Origin: Pseudomonadota bacterium
GTDB lineage: Bacteria; Desulfobacterota; Desulfuromonadia; Geobacterales; Pseudopelobacteraceae
DNA length: 64,000 bases
NCBI GenBank assembly: GCA_019352135.1
Contig: JABBNX010000003.1
Location: forward strand, 3,149-67,148
Direction of reading: 5' to 3'
Shown here: in pieces, positions 18,018-25,926 of the stretch
How positions within the stretch are numbered: the first letter of the stretch is position 1
Layout: each line of letters starts with the position of its first letter
The notes under the pieces: generated by a model
The model's database searches: none
What the model was told of the DNA's origin: nothing
What the model saw: only the letters and a program-made list of their open reading frames with translations
Made by a program: the position numbers and the translations under genes

Positions 18018-19373
18018 TTAAAAAAAGAGCTCCCACGCACAGAGCGCCAGCTTCCGGAACGTTAGCTTGCCCCTGCCGGCAGCCTGCTTGAACCCCTGGG
18101 TGGCCTCGTGCGAACGCCGATAAAATTTCACAAAAGCCTTGATGAGCAGAAACTGCAGGTAATGACGATTTATCAGGGGATGACGGAAAACAATGTGCAA
18201 ACCATCGTAAAACTTCCAGCGCCGGCAGAAGATGCGATCCTTGATCTCCTCATAGAGCTGTGTACCGGGATACGGGGTCAGGATGGTAAACTGGGCAATG
18301 TTGGTATTGAGCCGTACCGCCAGGTCAATCGTACTTTCCACGTCAGCGGCGGTTTCGTTCAGGTTGCCGATGATGTAGCTGCCATAGGATTCGATCCCGT
18401 TTTGCCGCAAAATATCCACTGCCCGGGTAACATCGCTGGCCGTGGTGTTCTTCCCGAGGGAGTTCAGCGTATCCTCATTACCGCTTTCAATGCCGAGATA
18501 GATGGTTGTGGAACCGGCCGCCGCCATTTTGGTGACCATGGCCGGATTTTTCACTATGGTATCAACCCGTGAAAAGTTCCACCATTTCAGGTCATAGCCA
18601 CGATCGATGATGCCGGCGGCAATCTGTTCGACCCGCGGCGGCGCAAGGGTAAAGTTGTCATCCATGAAGCAGACGGCCCGGAAACCATAGCGGTTATAGA
18701 CCTCATCCAGCTCGGCCAGCACCGATCCGGCACTGCGGAAACGCCACCCCCTGCCGAAAAAGCTTGAAGATGAACAGAAATGACAGGCGCCGGGACAACC
18801 GCGACTGGTAACAATAGGGGTGATGGGACGGCCGTCCATGCTGGCCCGGTACCGATGGAGATCCACCAGGTGCCGGGCGGGAAACGGGAGGGTTTCGACG
18901 TCAATCGGATCGGCGGCAGGGGTTTCAATCTGGTGACGCCCATCCTTGATGATCAACCCTTTTACCGCGGCAACACTATCCCGGTTTTGAAGAGCGGTCA
19001 GAAGGTTGGGAAAGGTGAATTCCCCCTCTCCCCTGACGATGTAATCAACATACCCGGAAGCAAAAATATCAGCCGCCATGAATTGGGGATGGGGACCACC
19101 CATGACCACCGGCCGGCCGGCAGCAGATACTCTGCGGGCAACGGCAAGCGCCTTGTTCGCCCTGGTCGTATCAGCCGAAATCCCGACCACATCGGCACGC
19201 CGGATATCGGCATCATCCAGATGTCCGTCATCGGCAGCCAAGTCCCGTACAACCACGCTGTGGCCAGCCTGTTCAAGGGTGGCAGCGACATAGAGCAGGC
19301 CGATGGGGGGGAGACTCAGGCCAAATGTGTTAAATACGCTGGATGATGGAGGGTTTACCAGCAGTACATTCAT
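18018..19373 (-). CDS. Cobalamin-binding-domain radical SAM enzyme (paralogue C)
   Basis: 451 aa. MNVLLVNPPSS..PPIGLLYVAA B12-like domain and triad TSRGCPGACHFCSSS. The start overlaps the upstream stop (TGATG). Confidence 0.85.
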   Translation of the reverse strand: MNVLLVNPPSSSVFNTFGLSLPPIGLLYVAATLEQAGHSVVVRDLAADDGHLDDADIRRADVVGISADTTRANKALAVARRVSAAGRPVVMGGPHPQFMAADIFASGYVDYIVRGEGEFTFPNLLTALQNRDSVAAVKGLIIKDGRHQIETPAADPIDVETLPFPARHLVDLHRYRASMDGRPITPIVTSRGCPGACHFCSSSSFFGRGWRFRSAGSVLAELDEVYNRYGFRAVCFMDDNFTLAPPRVEQIAAGIIDRGYDLKWWNFSRVDTIVKNPAMVTKMAAAGSTTIYLGIESGNEDTLNSLGKNTTASDVTRAVDILRQNGIESYGSYIIGNLNETAADVESTIDLAVRLNTNIAQFTILTPYPGTQLYEEIKDRIFCRRWKFYDGLHIVFRHPLINRHYLQFLLIKAFVKFYRRSHEATQGFKQAAGRGKLTFRKLALCAWELFF

Positions 19374-20749
19374 CAGTTGCTGCCCCTTTTTTTCGTCTTT
19401 GGCTGAAGGCCTTTGAACTCGTTTTCCCAGACCGGATCGGCAATCTCACCATAGGCGCGGGAGTAGTCATCCATGCTGTCCGCCAGTCCGGTGAAGATTT
19501 CATCTGCCCCATCATGGGTTGGATAGGCACCCTCCGAGGCGAACAGCTCCCGTCCGGCAGCAGGCTGGTCTATCAGCATGCAGGGGCGCAGCAGGTTCTC
19601 GTGTTCGCCCTGCTTTGCGCGGATTTTAGTGAAAAAGGGAGATGCCAGCGCCTCATGAATGGTTGTCCGGCGAATATTATCAACGGCAAAATGGCAGAAG
19701 ACACACGGCTCGATGTCGCCGTTGGCATTGATATGAAAATACTTGCGCCCGCCGGCCAGACAGCCGGAGATCATCGGCCCGTCGTTCCAGAAATCGATGA
19801 ACAGCATCGGCTTGGTGGCACGGTAGTCGATAACGGTTCGGCGCAGGCCATCGCGCTGTTCCGGGGTCGGCATCAGTTCCGGCTCAGGCTTGCGCCCTAC
19901 CGGTACATAGGAAAAGAGCCACATCGCAAAGACCCCTTTTTTCAGGAGCATGTCGATATAGTCGCCATTGGTGATGATGTCGGAGTTTTTGCGGGAATGG
20001 GTGAATGAACCGCAGAAAGACAGCCCCCCCTCCCTCATCAGGTCCATGGCATGCATAACCTTTTTGAAATGTCCCGCGCCGCGGCGTTCGTCGGTTTCCT
20101 GCTCATACCCTTCCAGCGAAAATGACGGCATGACGTTTCCGACCTCGGTCAGCTTCTCCACCATTTTTTCATCGATCAAGCCGCCGTGGGTAAAGACCAG
20201 GAAGGCCATGTCGCTATGCTTTTTGAATATCTCGAAAATGCCTTCCATATAAAACGGCTCACCGCCGGATATTACCGCAAAATAGACCCCCATCTCCTTC
20301 ATCTGGAGCAAGATGGAATCAACCTCCTCCAGAGAGAGCTCCAGCGACTTGTCATAATCACCGGCGTAACAGCCGTAGCAGTTCAGATTGCAGCGCATGG
20401 TAGGGCTGATGACTACGGTTGAAGGGGGATAGTAACCGTGCGCGTCGCTCCACTCCTTGCGTTTGTTGGTGCCGTTGAGCAGGTGATTGACCAACAGATT
20501 ACTGATCCATTTGTCACGCTGGTTAGGGTGCAGATCACGCAAAATACGGCGCGGGAACTCGATACTCGGATGCTTGTCCCGCACCAGACCGCGAATCCAG
20601 CGGATGCGTTCCTTGTAGTAGTCTTTCTTGGGAATCCTCTCCATCAGATGGGTCATGCGGATCAGGGTCTCATCCGATGAATTTATCGCCAGTTCCAGGA
20701 GATAGGAAAGCACCTTATCTTTGGTATAATTTTTCAGAGTGTTGATCAT
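19373..20749 (-). CDS. Radical SAM enzyme with a C-terminal Cys-rich SPASM/twitch-like domain
   Basis: 458 aa. Triad PTMRCNLNCYGCYAG after an N-terminal extension of about 100 aa. Downstream cluster GCLAGGRKYFHINANGDIEPCVFCHF. No B12 domain. Confidence 0.8.
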   Translation of the reverse strand: MINTLKNYTKDKVLSYLLELAINSSDETLIRMTHLMERIPKKDYYKERIRWIRGLVRDKHPSIEFPRRILRDLHPNQRDKWISNLLVNHLLNGTNKRKEWSDAHGYYPPSTVVISPTMRCNLNCYGCYAGDYDKSLELSLEEVDSILLQMKEMGVYFAVISGGEPFYMEGIFEIFKKHSDMAFLVFTHGGLIDEKMVEKLTEVGNVMPSFSLEGYEQETDERRGAGHFKKVMHAMDLMREGGLSFCGSFTHSRKNSDIITNGDYIDMLLKKGVFAMWLFSYVPVGRKPEPELMPTPEQRDGLRRTVIDYRATKPMLFIDFWNDGPMISGCLAGGRKYFHINANGDIEPCVFCHFAVDNIRRTTIHEALASPFFTKIRAKQGEHENLLRPCMLIDQPAAGRELFASEGAYPTHDGADEIFTGLADSMDDYSRAYGEIADPVWENEFKGLQPKTKKRGSN

Positions 20750-20764
20750 ATGAAAAGTGCCTCG

Positions 20765-21427
20765 TCACATATTACGTAAAAATGTCATGCTGATAGTAAA
20801 TGTATCGTTTATGGGCCGGTAGTGGCTGGTTGCGCGTCCATCGGCAACCCGTGCGGCAACCGGGAGGGAACCAATCGTAAAACCGCTCTTCCAGGCCTTC
20901 AGCAGGATTTCCATCTCCAGAGCGTATCCGTTTGCCTCCAGCGACAGTTTTTTCACCACGTCACCTGAATAGTACCTGAAACCGGACTGACTGTCGGTGA
21001 TCTCAAAACCGGTACGTTTCCATATGCACCAGACACCGATTCGATTCCAGAATTTACGGAGCCCGGCCATCTGTTCGAACTGATCGTGGCGGGACGCAAT
21101 CAATATACCCCACTTGCCGCTTTGTGCAAAAGTGACCAGCCTCGGGATAGCTGACATATCATGTTGGCCGTCCGCATCGATGGTGACCACGGCATCAAAA
21201 CCGGACTCGATCGCCCAGGCAAAACCGGTTTTCAGCGCAGCACCCTTACCACGGTTTTGCTCGTGTCGGAGCAGCGTCACCGGTAATCCGGCAACCAAAG
21301 CAGACGTAGCGTCGGTTGAACCATCATCCACCAGTACGACCGGCACGCCATGTTCCAGACTCTCCCGCACCACTGCCAGAATGGTTTTCTCAGCGTTATA
21401 TGCAGGAATCAGGATACATGCTGCCAC
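20765..21427 (-). CDS. Family 2 glycosyltransferase
   Basis: 220 aa. ILIPAYNAEKTI...VLVDDGSTDAT...TIDADGQHD are the GT2 (DxD) signatures. Confidence 0.85.
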   Translation of the reverse strand: MAACILIPAYNAEKTILAVVRESLEHGVPVVLVDDGSTDATSALVAGLPVTLLRHEQNRGKGAALKTGFAWAIESGFDAVVTIDADGQHDMSAIPRLVTFAQSGKWGILIASRHDQFEQMAGLRKFWNRIGVWCIWKRTGFEITDSQSGFRYYSGDVVKKLSLEANGYALEMEILLKAWKSGFTIGSLPVAARVADGRATSHYRPINDTFTISMTFLRNM

Positions 21428-22281
21428 GTGTTCAGTAACTCCTTGATGGTGGTAAATCGATACCGTTGTAACAGCCCGCTCAACCGGATGGACGCATCCG
21501 TTCGGGTTCCATAGGAGACGAACCGTTTCGGGAAGTGGAGATCAAGCCGGGGGCCGGCAGGGTCCACCTCTCGGGGATGAAGATACAGAACAGCAGGTTG
21601 ATGGGACCGGTTCAGCCCATCGATAGTCGTACAAATGGTCCTGAACGGAAAAAACCTGAATCCCCATCCGCCACCGGTCGGCAGGTTGCCGCCCCACAAT
21701 CGCGTCACCATCGGCGGGATTTCCCACAGGTCCGCTCCTTCACCGAGAAGACGGTAGGGGGTACGGCTGCCGCGGGAATTACCCACAAACGGAAGCGGGT
21801 TGAGACTTGAATCGTAGAGATACCCCTCTTCCCGCAGGATGGCAAAGGGCCAGCCGGTCTGTGCAGACAAAGACCATTGCGGCGCCCGGTATCCAAACGG
21901 GCGCTGCCCGGTCTGCTCCACCAGAATCCGTTCGGTGAGTTGCAGTTCATCCCGGAACTGCTGTGGTGTCAGATCAGACACCAGACGATGTGAATAGCCA
22001 TGGGAGGCTATTTCATGACCTGCCGAACAGATCATTCGTGCCAAATCCGGATCGTTTTCCGCCACGGAACCAAGCATGAAAAACGTGCCCTTCTGGTCAT
22101 GCCGAGAAAGCAGCGCCAGAATTCTCTCCAAGTTTCTCCGCACCCGCCATGTCCCGCGTGAAGGCACAGCCACCCCAGGCGCGCAGACATGGTACCAATC
22201 CTCCACATCGACTGTTAAAACATTGTGCGTCGTAACGTCACTCCGAGACCTGAAGATAAAGAAATAAACATTACATAACAA
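21409..22281 (-). CDS. NodB-type polysaccharide/glycolipid deacetylase
   Basis: 290 aa. LTVDVEDWYH and EIASHGYSH motifs of the carbohydrate esterase 4 family, similar to the PEP-CTERM-locus subfamily. Confidence 0.8.
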   Translation of the reverse strand: MLCNVYFFIFRSRSDVTTHNVLTVDVEDWYHVCAPGVAVPSRGTWRVRRNLERILALLSRHDQKGTFFMLGSVAENDPDLARMICSAGHEIASHGYSHRLVSDLTPQQFRDELQLTERILVEQTGQRPFGYRAPQWSLSAQTGWPFAILREEGYLYDSSLNPLPFVGNSRGSRTPYRLLGEGADLWEIPPMVTRLWGGNLPTGGGWGFRFFPFRTICTTIDGLNRSHQPAVLYLHPREVDPAGPRLDLHFPKRFVSYGTRTDASIRLSGLLQRYRFTTIKELLNTWQHVS

Positions 22282-22287
22282 ATGATA

Positions 22288-23034
22288 TCAAGTCAATACA
22301 CCGTGTTCCTCAGAAGCCCCGGTCCGCTTGCGGCACACCAGAACAATCTCATCAACACCTGCCGTGTCGGCCAGTCCAGCGACGAATTTCAATCGCTTTT
22401 GAATGAGCATCCCCAGCGGCATGAGAACCTTGTTATAGCACCACATTGCTTCCCGCCGGTGATGTTTAAGCCACCAGACCCCGAGGTCCAACAGCAGTGG
22501 GTTAGCCGGTTGCATGCCGTATACGGCACTTTTTTCGATGGCCAGACCATGGGCGGCAAGCAATGCCAGCAAATCCGCAGGATCATACCTGCGCACATGG
22601 CCCACGAATTCGTCGAATTTTGTCCAGAATCTTGTATGCAGGGGGACGGAAAAAACAAAGTAACCTCCCTCCTTAAGCACGCGACTCACCTCACCAAAAA
22701 CCCGCCGGTCATCTTCGGCATGCTCGATGACATCAAAAGCGCAGACAAGTTCAAATTTCCCAGCGCCAAACGGTAAATCACCGATGCCACCGGTGACCGC
22801 GATGCCGCCGCACTCTGTCAGCCGTTCGATCACCGGTGGGCTGATGTCAACGAAACTGGTGCCGTGGATTGGCAGGCGCGGGCGCAGACCTGGCCCTATT
22901 TCCAAGCGCGCCGGGGCAAGCGGCAGCAACGCGGAAATCAGCGGCCAGGTATTGAAACGATCAGGCCGCTGAAGATGAGACTCCGCCCAGAGAACATCAT
23001 AGAAGTCGCGGTTGACGATGGTGCTATTACGCAT
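22288..23034 (-). CDS. Class I SAM-dependent methyltransferase
   Basis: LEIGPG...FELVCAFDVIEHAEDD..VF.EVSRVLKEGGYFVFSVP is a Methyltransf_11/23-like pattern. Start ATG 23034 or 23073; the listed 23205 start overlaps the upstream rSAM gene. Confidence 0.7.
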   Translation of the reverse strand: MRNSTIVNRDFYDVLWAESHLQRPDRFNTWPLISALLPLAPARLEIGPGLRPRLPIHGTSFVDISPPVIERLTECGGIAVTGGIGDLPFGAGKFELVCAFDVIEHAEDDRRVFGEVSRVLKEGGYFVFSVPLHTRFWTKFDEFVGHVRRYDPADLLALLAAHGLAIEKSAVYGMQPANPLLLDLGVWWLKHHRREAMWCYNKVLMPLGMLIQKRLKFVAGLADTAGVDEIVLVCRKRTGASEEHGVLT

Positions 23035-24448
23035 GGTACTGGTCCTGGCGGCATTTTGCACCGTCGACTTCATGTATTGACTCCTGAAATGGTTGCTGAA
23101 AAGAACATTCATCCACATCGGAGGCCTTAAGGCGGTCATTAGGCCCCTTGCGGAGAATGTTGTAAGCCAGGTTTGTAAAGCGGCGGCCCGGATTTTTCCA
23201 GACACGGGACAGGATGGAAGGCCAGGTATACGCCTCCTTGCGCGCCTCCAGCCACCCCCGGTAGAGCTGTTCAGGCGACATCAGCTTCGGCCGGAAGACG
23301 ACTTCCGAGTGGTTGTAACGGTTCCACTCCGTGTGCAGAAGGCGCCCCTCCTGCTCGAACTGTTGAAAAAGCTTTGTTCCCGGATACGGGGTCAGCAGGT
23401 TGAATGTGGGAACACTCGCAGAACACTCCTCAACGAAGCGGAGCGTTTTTTCGAAGATGCTTTGGTCATGGTCGTCAAAACCGAAAATAAGAGACGTTTC
23501 GAGGATAATACCGGCATCACTGACCCGCTTCATAAGTTCTGCCTGAGATGTCTGCCCCGCCGATTTGGCAAGCAGGGAATACGGTCCCGTTATCGACTCG
23601 ATCCCGACGAAGAGGCCGATGCAACCGGAACGGGCGACGAGTTTGAGCAGCTCCCGGTCTTCGGCAAAACGCAGACTTGTCTGGGAGCCCCATCGTATCC
23701 CCATCTCTGCCATCCCTTCAAGGATCGGCCGTGCCTTCGCGGGATCCCCCAACAGATTGTCATCCAGAAATATCACCAGCTTGCGGGGGAAAGCGCCGAT
23801 TTCGGCGAGGATATCGGCAGGGTCGCGGTAGCGGAAACGGTTTCCGAAATAGTGCGTAACGGTGCAAAAAGCGCAGTCGTACGGGCAGCCACGGCTGGCC
23901 TGGACGGTCTGGGTTGTAAGGTACCGCTTGCCGGCCAGGATTTCTCGGCGCGGCCAGGGGACTTGGAGTTTATCATCCTGCGATATGGGTGCGCGGTATA
24001 CCTTTTCCAGCCGGCCGCCGAGAAAATCATCGAGAAGCGTGGCCATGACCGGCTCAGCCTCGCCAATGACCACTGCATCCGCATGGGTAAGAGCCTCTTC
24101 CGGCATGACCGTCGGGTGCATCCCCCCCATGATGACCGGAACCCCTTCTGCCCTGAATTGGTCGGCTATTTCGTAGGCCCGGGTCGCCTGGTGGGTCATG
24201 GCGGTGATTCCAACAAGGTCGAAATCTCTGCCGCATGGAATCGGGTCTTGGCTTTCATCGACGAGGGTCACCTCCCACTGCGAAGGTGTCACTGCAGCAA
24301 CCTGCTGGAGAGAGAGGGAAGGAAGCTGAAAATATTTTGCCCAGCCGAGCTTGTGCGTCGCAGGATAAATGAGAAGGAGTTTCGGACGAGCCTGGTGGGT
24401 GAGGCGGGATTGCGAAAGCCGTGCTTGTTTTGACGATTCTTCTGACAT
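23027..24448 (-). CDS. Cobalamin-binding-domain radical SAM enzyme (paralogue E); first gene of the operon
   Basis: Triad ASRGCPYDCAFCTVT with a B12-like N-terminal domain. ATG 24448 (MSEESSK..) is preceded by AAGGGAA at a spacing of 6-7 nt. The listed 24520 start has no RBS. Confidence 0.85.
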   Translation of the reverse strand: MSEESSKQARLSQSRLTHQARPKLLLIYPATHKLGWAKYFQLPSLSLQQVAAVTPSQWEVTLVDESQDPIPCGRDFDLVGITAMTHQATRAYEIADQFRAEGVPVIMGGMHPTVMPEEALTHADAVVIGEAEPVMATLLDDFLGGRLEKVYRAPISQDDKLQVPWPRREILAGKRYLTTQTVQASRGCPYDCAFCTVTHYFGNRFRYRDPADILAEIGAFPRKLVIFLDDNLLGDPAKARPILEGMAEMGIRWGSQTSLRFAEDRELLKLVARSGCIGLFVGIESITGPYSLLAKSAGQTSQAELMKRVSDAGIILETSLIFGFDDHDQSIFEKTLRFVEECSASVPTFNLLTPYPGTKLFQQFEQEGRLLHTEWNRYNHSEVVFRPKLMSPEQLYRGWLEARKEAYTWPSILSRVWKNPGRRFTNLAYNILRKGPNDRLKASDVDECSFQQPFQESIHEVDGAKCRQDQYHA

Positions 24449-24785
24449 TCCGATTCCCTTAGCTGCCCGAGCGGTACCATATTTAGATAGCCTTGCCAAT
24501 AGATGGCGAGCTAAAATCATTCACGCATTGTGCCAGAGAACAGCAGAAACTACAAGAGTGCAACAGCTTGATTGTACTGGAAAAACAAATCTGGCAGGGT
24601 GCACGTCCATGGGCAAGCAGTAGCGGTATCCGTCATACGCAACATATCCGCCATATATGACGGGGTGGATTGAGGTGCAGCCAGATAATCGCACCTGCTT
24701 TTCCAACAACTTTATGCTATAGATATGTGCGCGTTCTCTCGAGTCGCATGAAACCGGAAAACACCTTTTATCGCGGAGTTTACGA

Positions 24786-25894
24786 GTGAAAGTCATTCTC
24801 CTGCACCCTTACGGCAGCAACTGGCTCGGAGGGATGAAAGACATCAGCACGGTGTTCAACCTGATGCCGCCGCTCGGTATGATGAGCATTGCCGCCGTAC
24901 TTGAACGGGCGGGCATCGACGTTGAAATAATCGACTGTTATGCAACACCACGGCCGCTTGCTGAACTGGTTGATGAAATAATCCGGCGCAGGCCGGACTG
25001 CCTCGGCATATCCACGACAACCTCCTCATTCAATGAGGGGTATCGAATCGCCGCCTCGGTAAAGGAAAAAGCGCCGCACATATTCACCCTCTTTGGCGGA
25101 GCCCACGCCTGTACCATCGGCGCGCCGCTTCTGGATTCATTTCCGGCCATTGATTGCCTGGTGATCGGCGAAGGCGAAAATACCATGCTGGAGCTGGCTC
25201 AAGCCGGTTTCAAAGGGATCGGCCAGATTCCCGGCGTCGCCTACCGCGGTGCAGACGGCAAAGGGTGGCAGAGTTCTGCGCAATCAAAGAACGCAAGGGA
25301 TTGAAGGTTACCTACAACTGCATTGCCCGCCTGGAGCATGTGGACCTGGAGCTGCTGGCGCTCCTCAAACGCTCCGGGTGCTGGCAGGTCAATTTCGGTA
25401 TCGAGTCGGGTGATCCGGAAATAGTAAAACAACATCGGAAATTTTTAGGATTGGATGAAGTGGGGCGGAAGCTGCTCATGGTGAAGGAGGCCGGCATGCG
25501 GGTCAAGGGGCTCTTTATGGTCGGCCTGCCGGGCGAGACCGAGGCAGCTATCCGCCGCACCATCGATTATGCCCTGTCTCTTCCGCTGGACGAGATCAAT
25601 GTCACGAAATTCACCCCATTTCCCGGCGCGCCGGTCTATGCCACGACCAGAGAGCGGGGAGAGTTCGAGGAGAACTGGGATCTGATGAATTGCCTGAACT
25701 TCGTTTTTGTGCCACACGGCATGACCAAACAGCAGCTGGAAGATCTCTACAACGAGTTCATCCGGCGCTTCTACCACCGCCACCGCATCCAATGGGGCTA
25801 TACTCGGATGCTGTGGAAATCCCCCCACAGTATCATGTCATTTATGCGCCATCTGCCAGAAATACTGGCTTTTGAGAAAAAACAAAAGTGGTAA
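24786..25894 (+). pseudogene. Decayed cobalamin-domain radical SAM paralogue (internal deletion plus frameshift; CxxxCxxC motif lost)
   Basis: ORF 24786-25304 encodes only the B12-like domain (MKVILLHPYG..IGEGENTMLEL..GVAYRGADGK). ORF 25154-25894, in another frame, becomes homologous only from about 25265 (VAEFCAIKERKGLKV..FGIESGD..). The roughly 85-90 aa that carry the radical SAM Cys triad in paralogues A/B/C/E are absent. Confidence 0.7.
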
Positions 25895-25926
25895 CATCAA
25901 TGCACCAATTCCACAGGAGCACTATA

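Noticed and set aside
23093-24433. 446-aa plus-strand ORF
   Set aside because: It is a mirror image of radical-SAM paralogue E. The minus-strand frame has the B12-like domain and the RGCPYDCAFC triad.
24521-24535. Sigma54-type promoter for the lipid operon (TGGCAC-N5-GTGA on the minus strand)
   Set aside because: The -24 half is perfect, but the -12 element is GTGA instead of TTGC, and there is no enhancer-binding-protein gene nearby. This is too weak to call.
24449-24785. Cobalamin or SAM riboswitch ahead of the B12/SAM-dependent operon
   Set aside because: I looked for a B12-box-like conserved core and multi-stem architecture in the minus-strand leader and could not recognise one by eye. 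A covariance-model scan is needed before any claim.
25154-25304. Programmed frameshift or two-gene split as the explanation for the overlapping radical-SAM fragments
   Set aside because: About 85-90 residues, including the CxxxCxxC triad, are missing relative to all four paralogues. A frameshift alone cannot restore a functional enzyme, so deletion followed by decay is the simpler reading.
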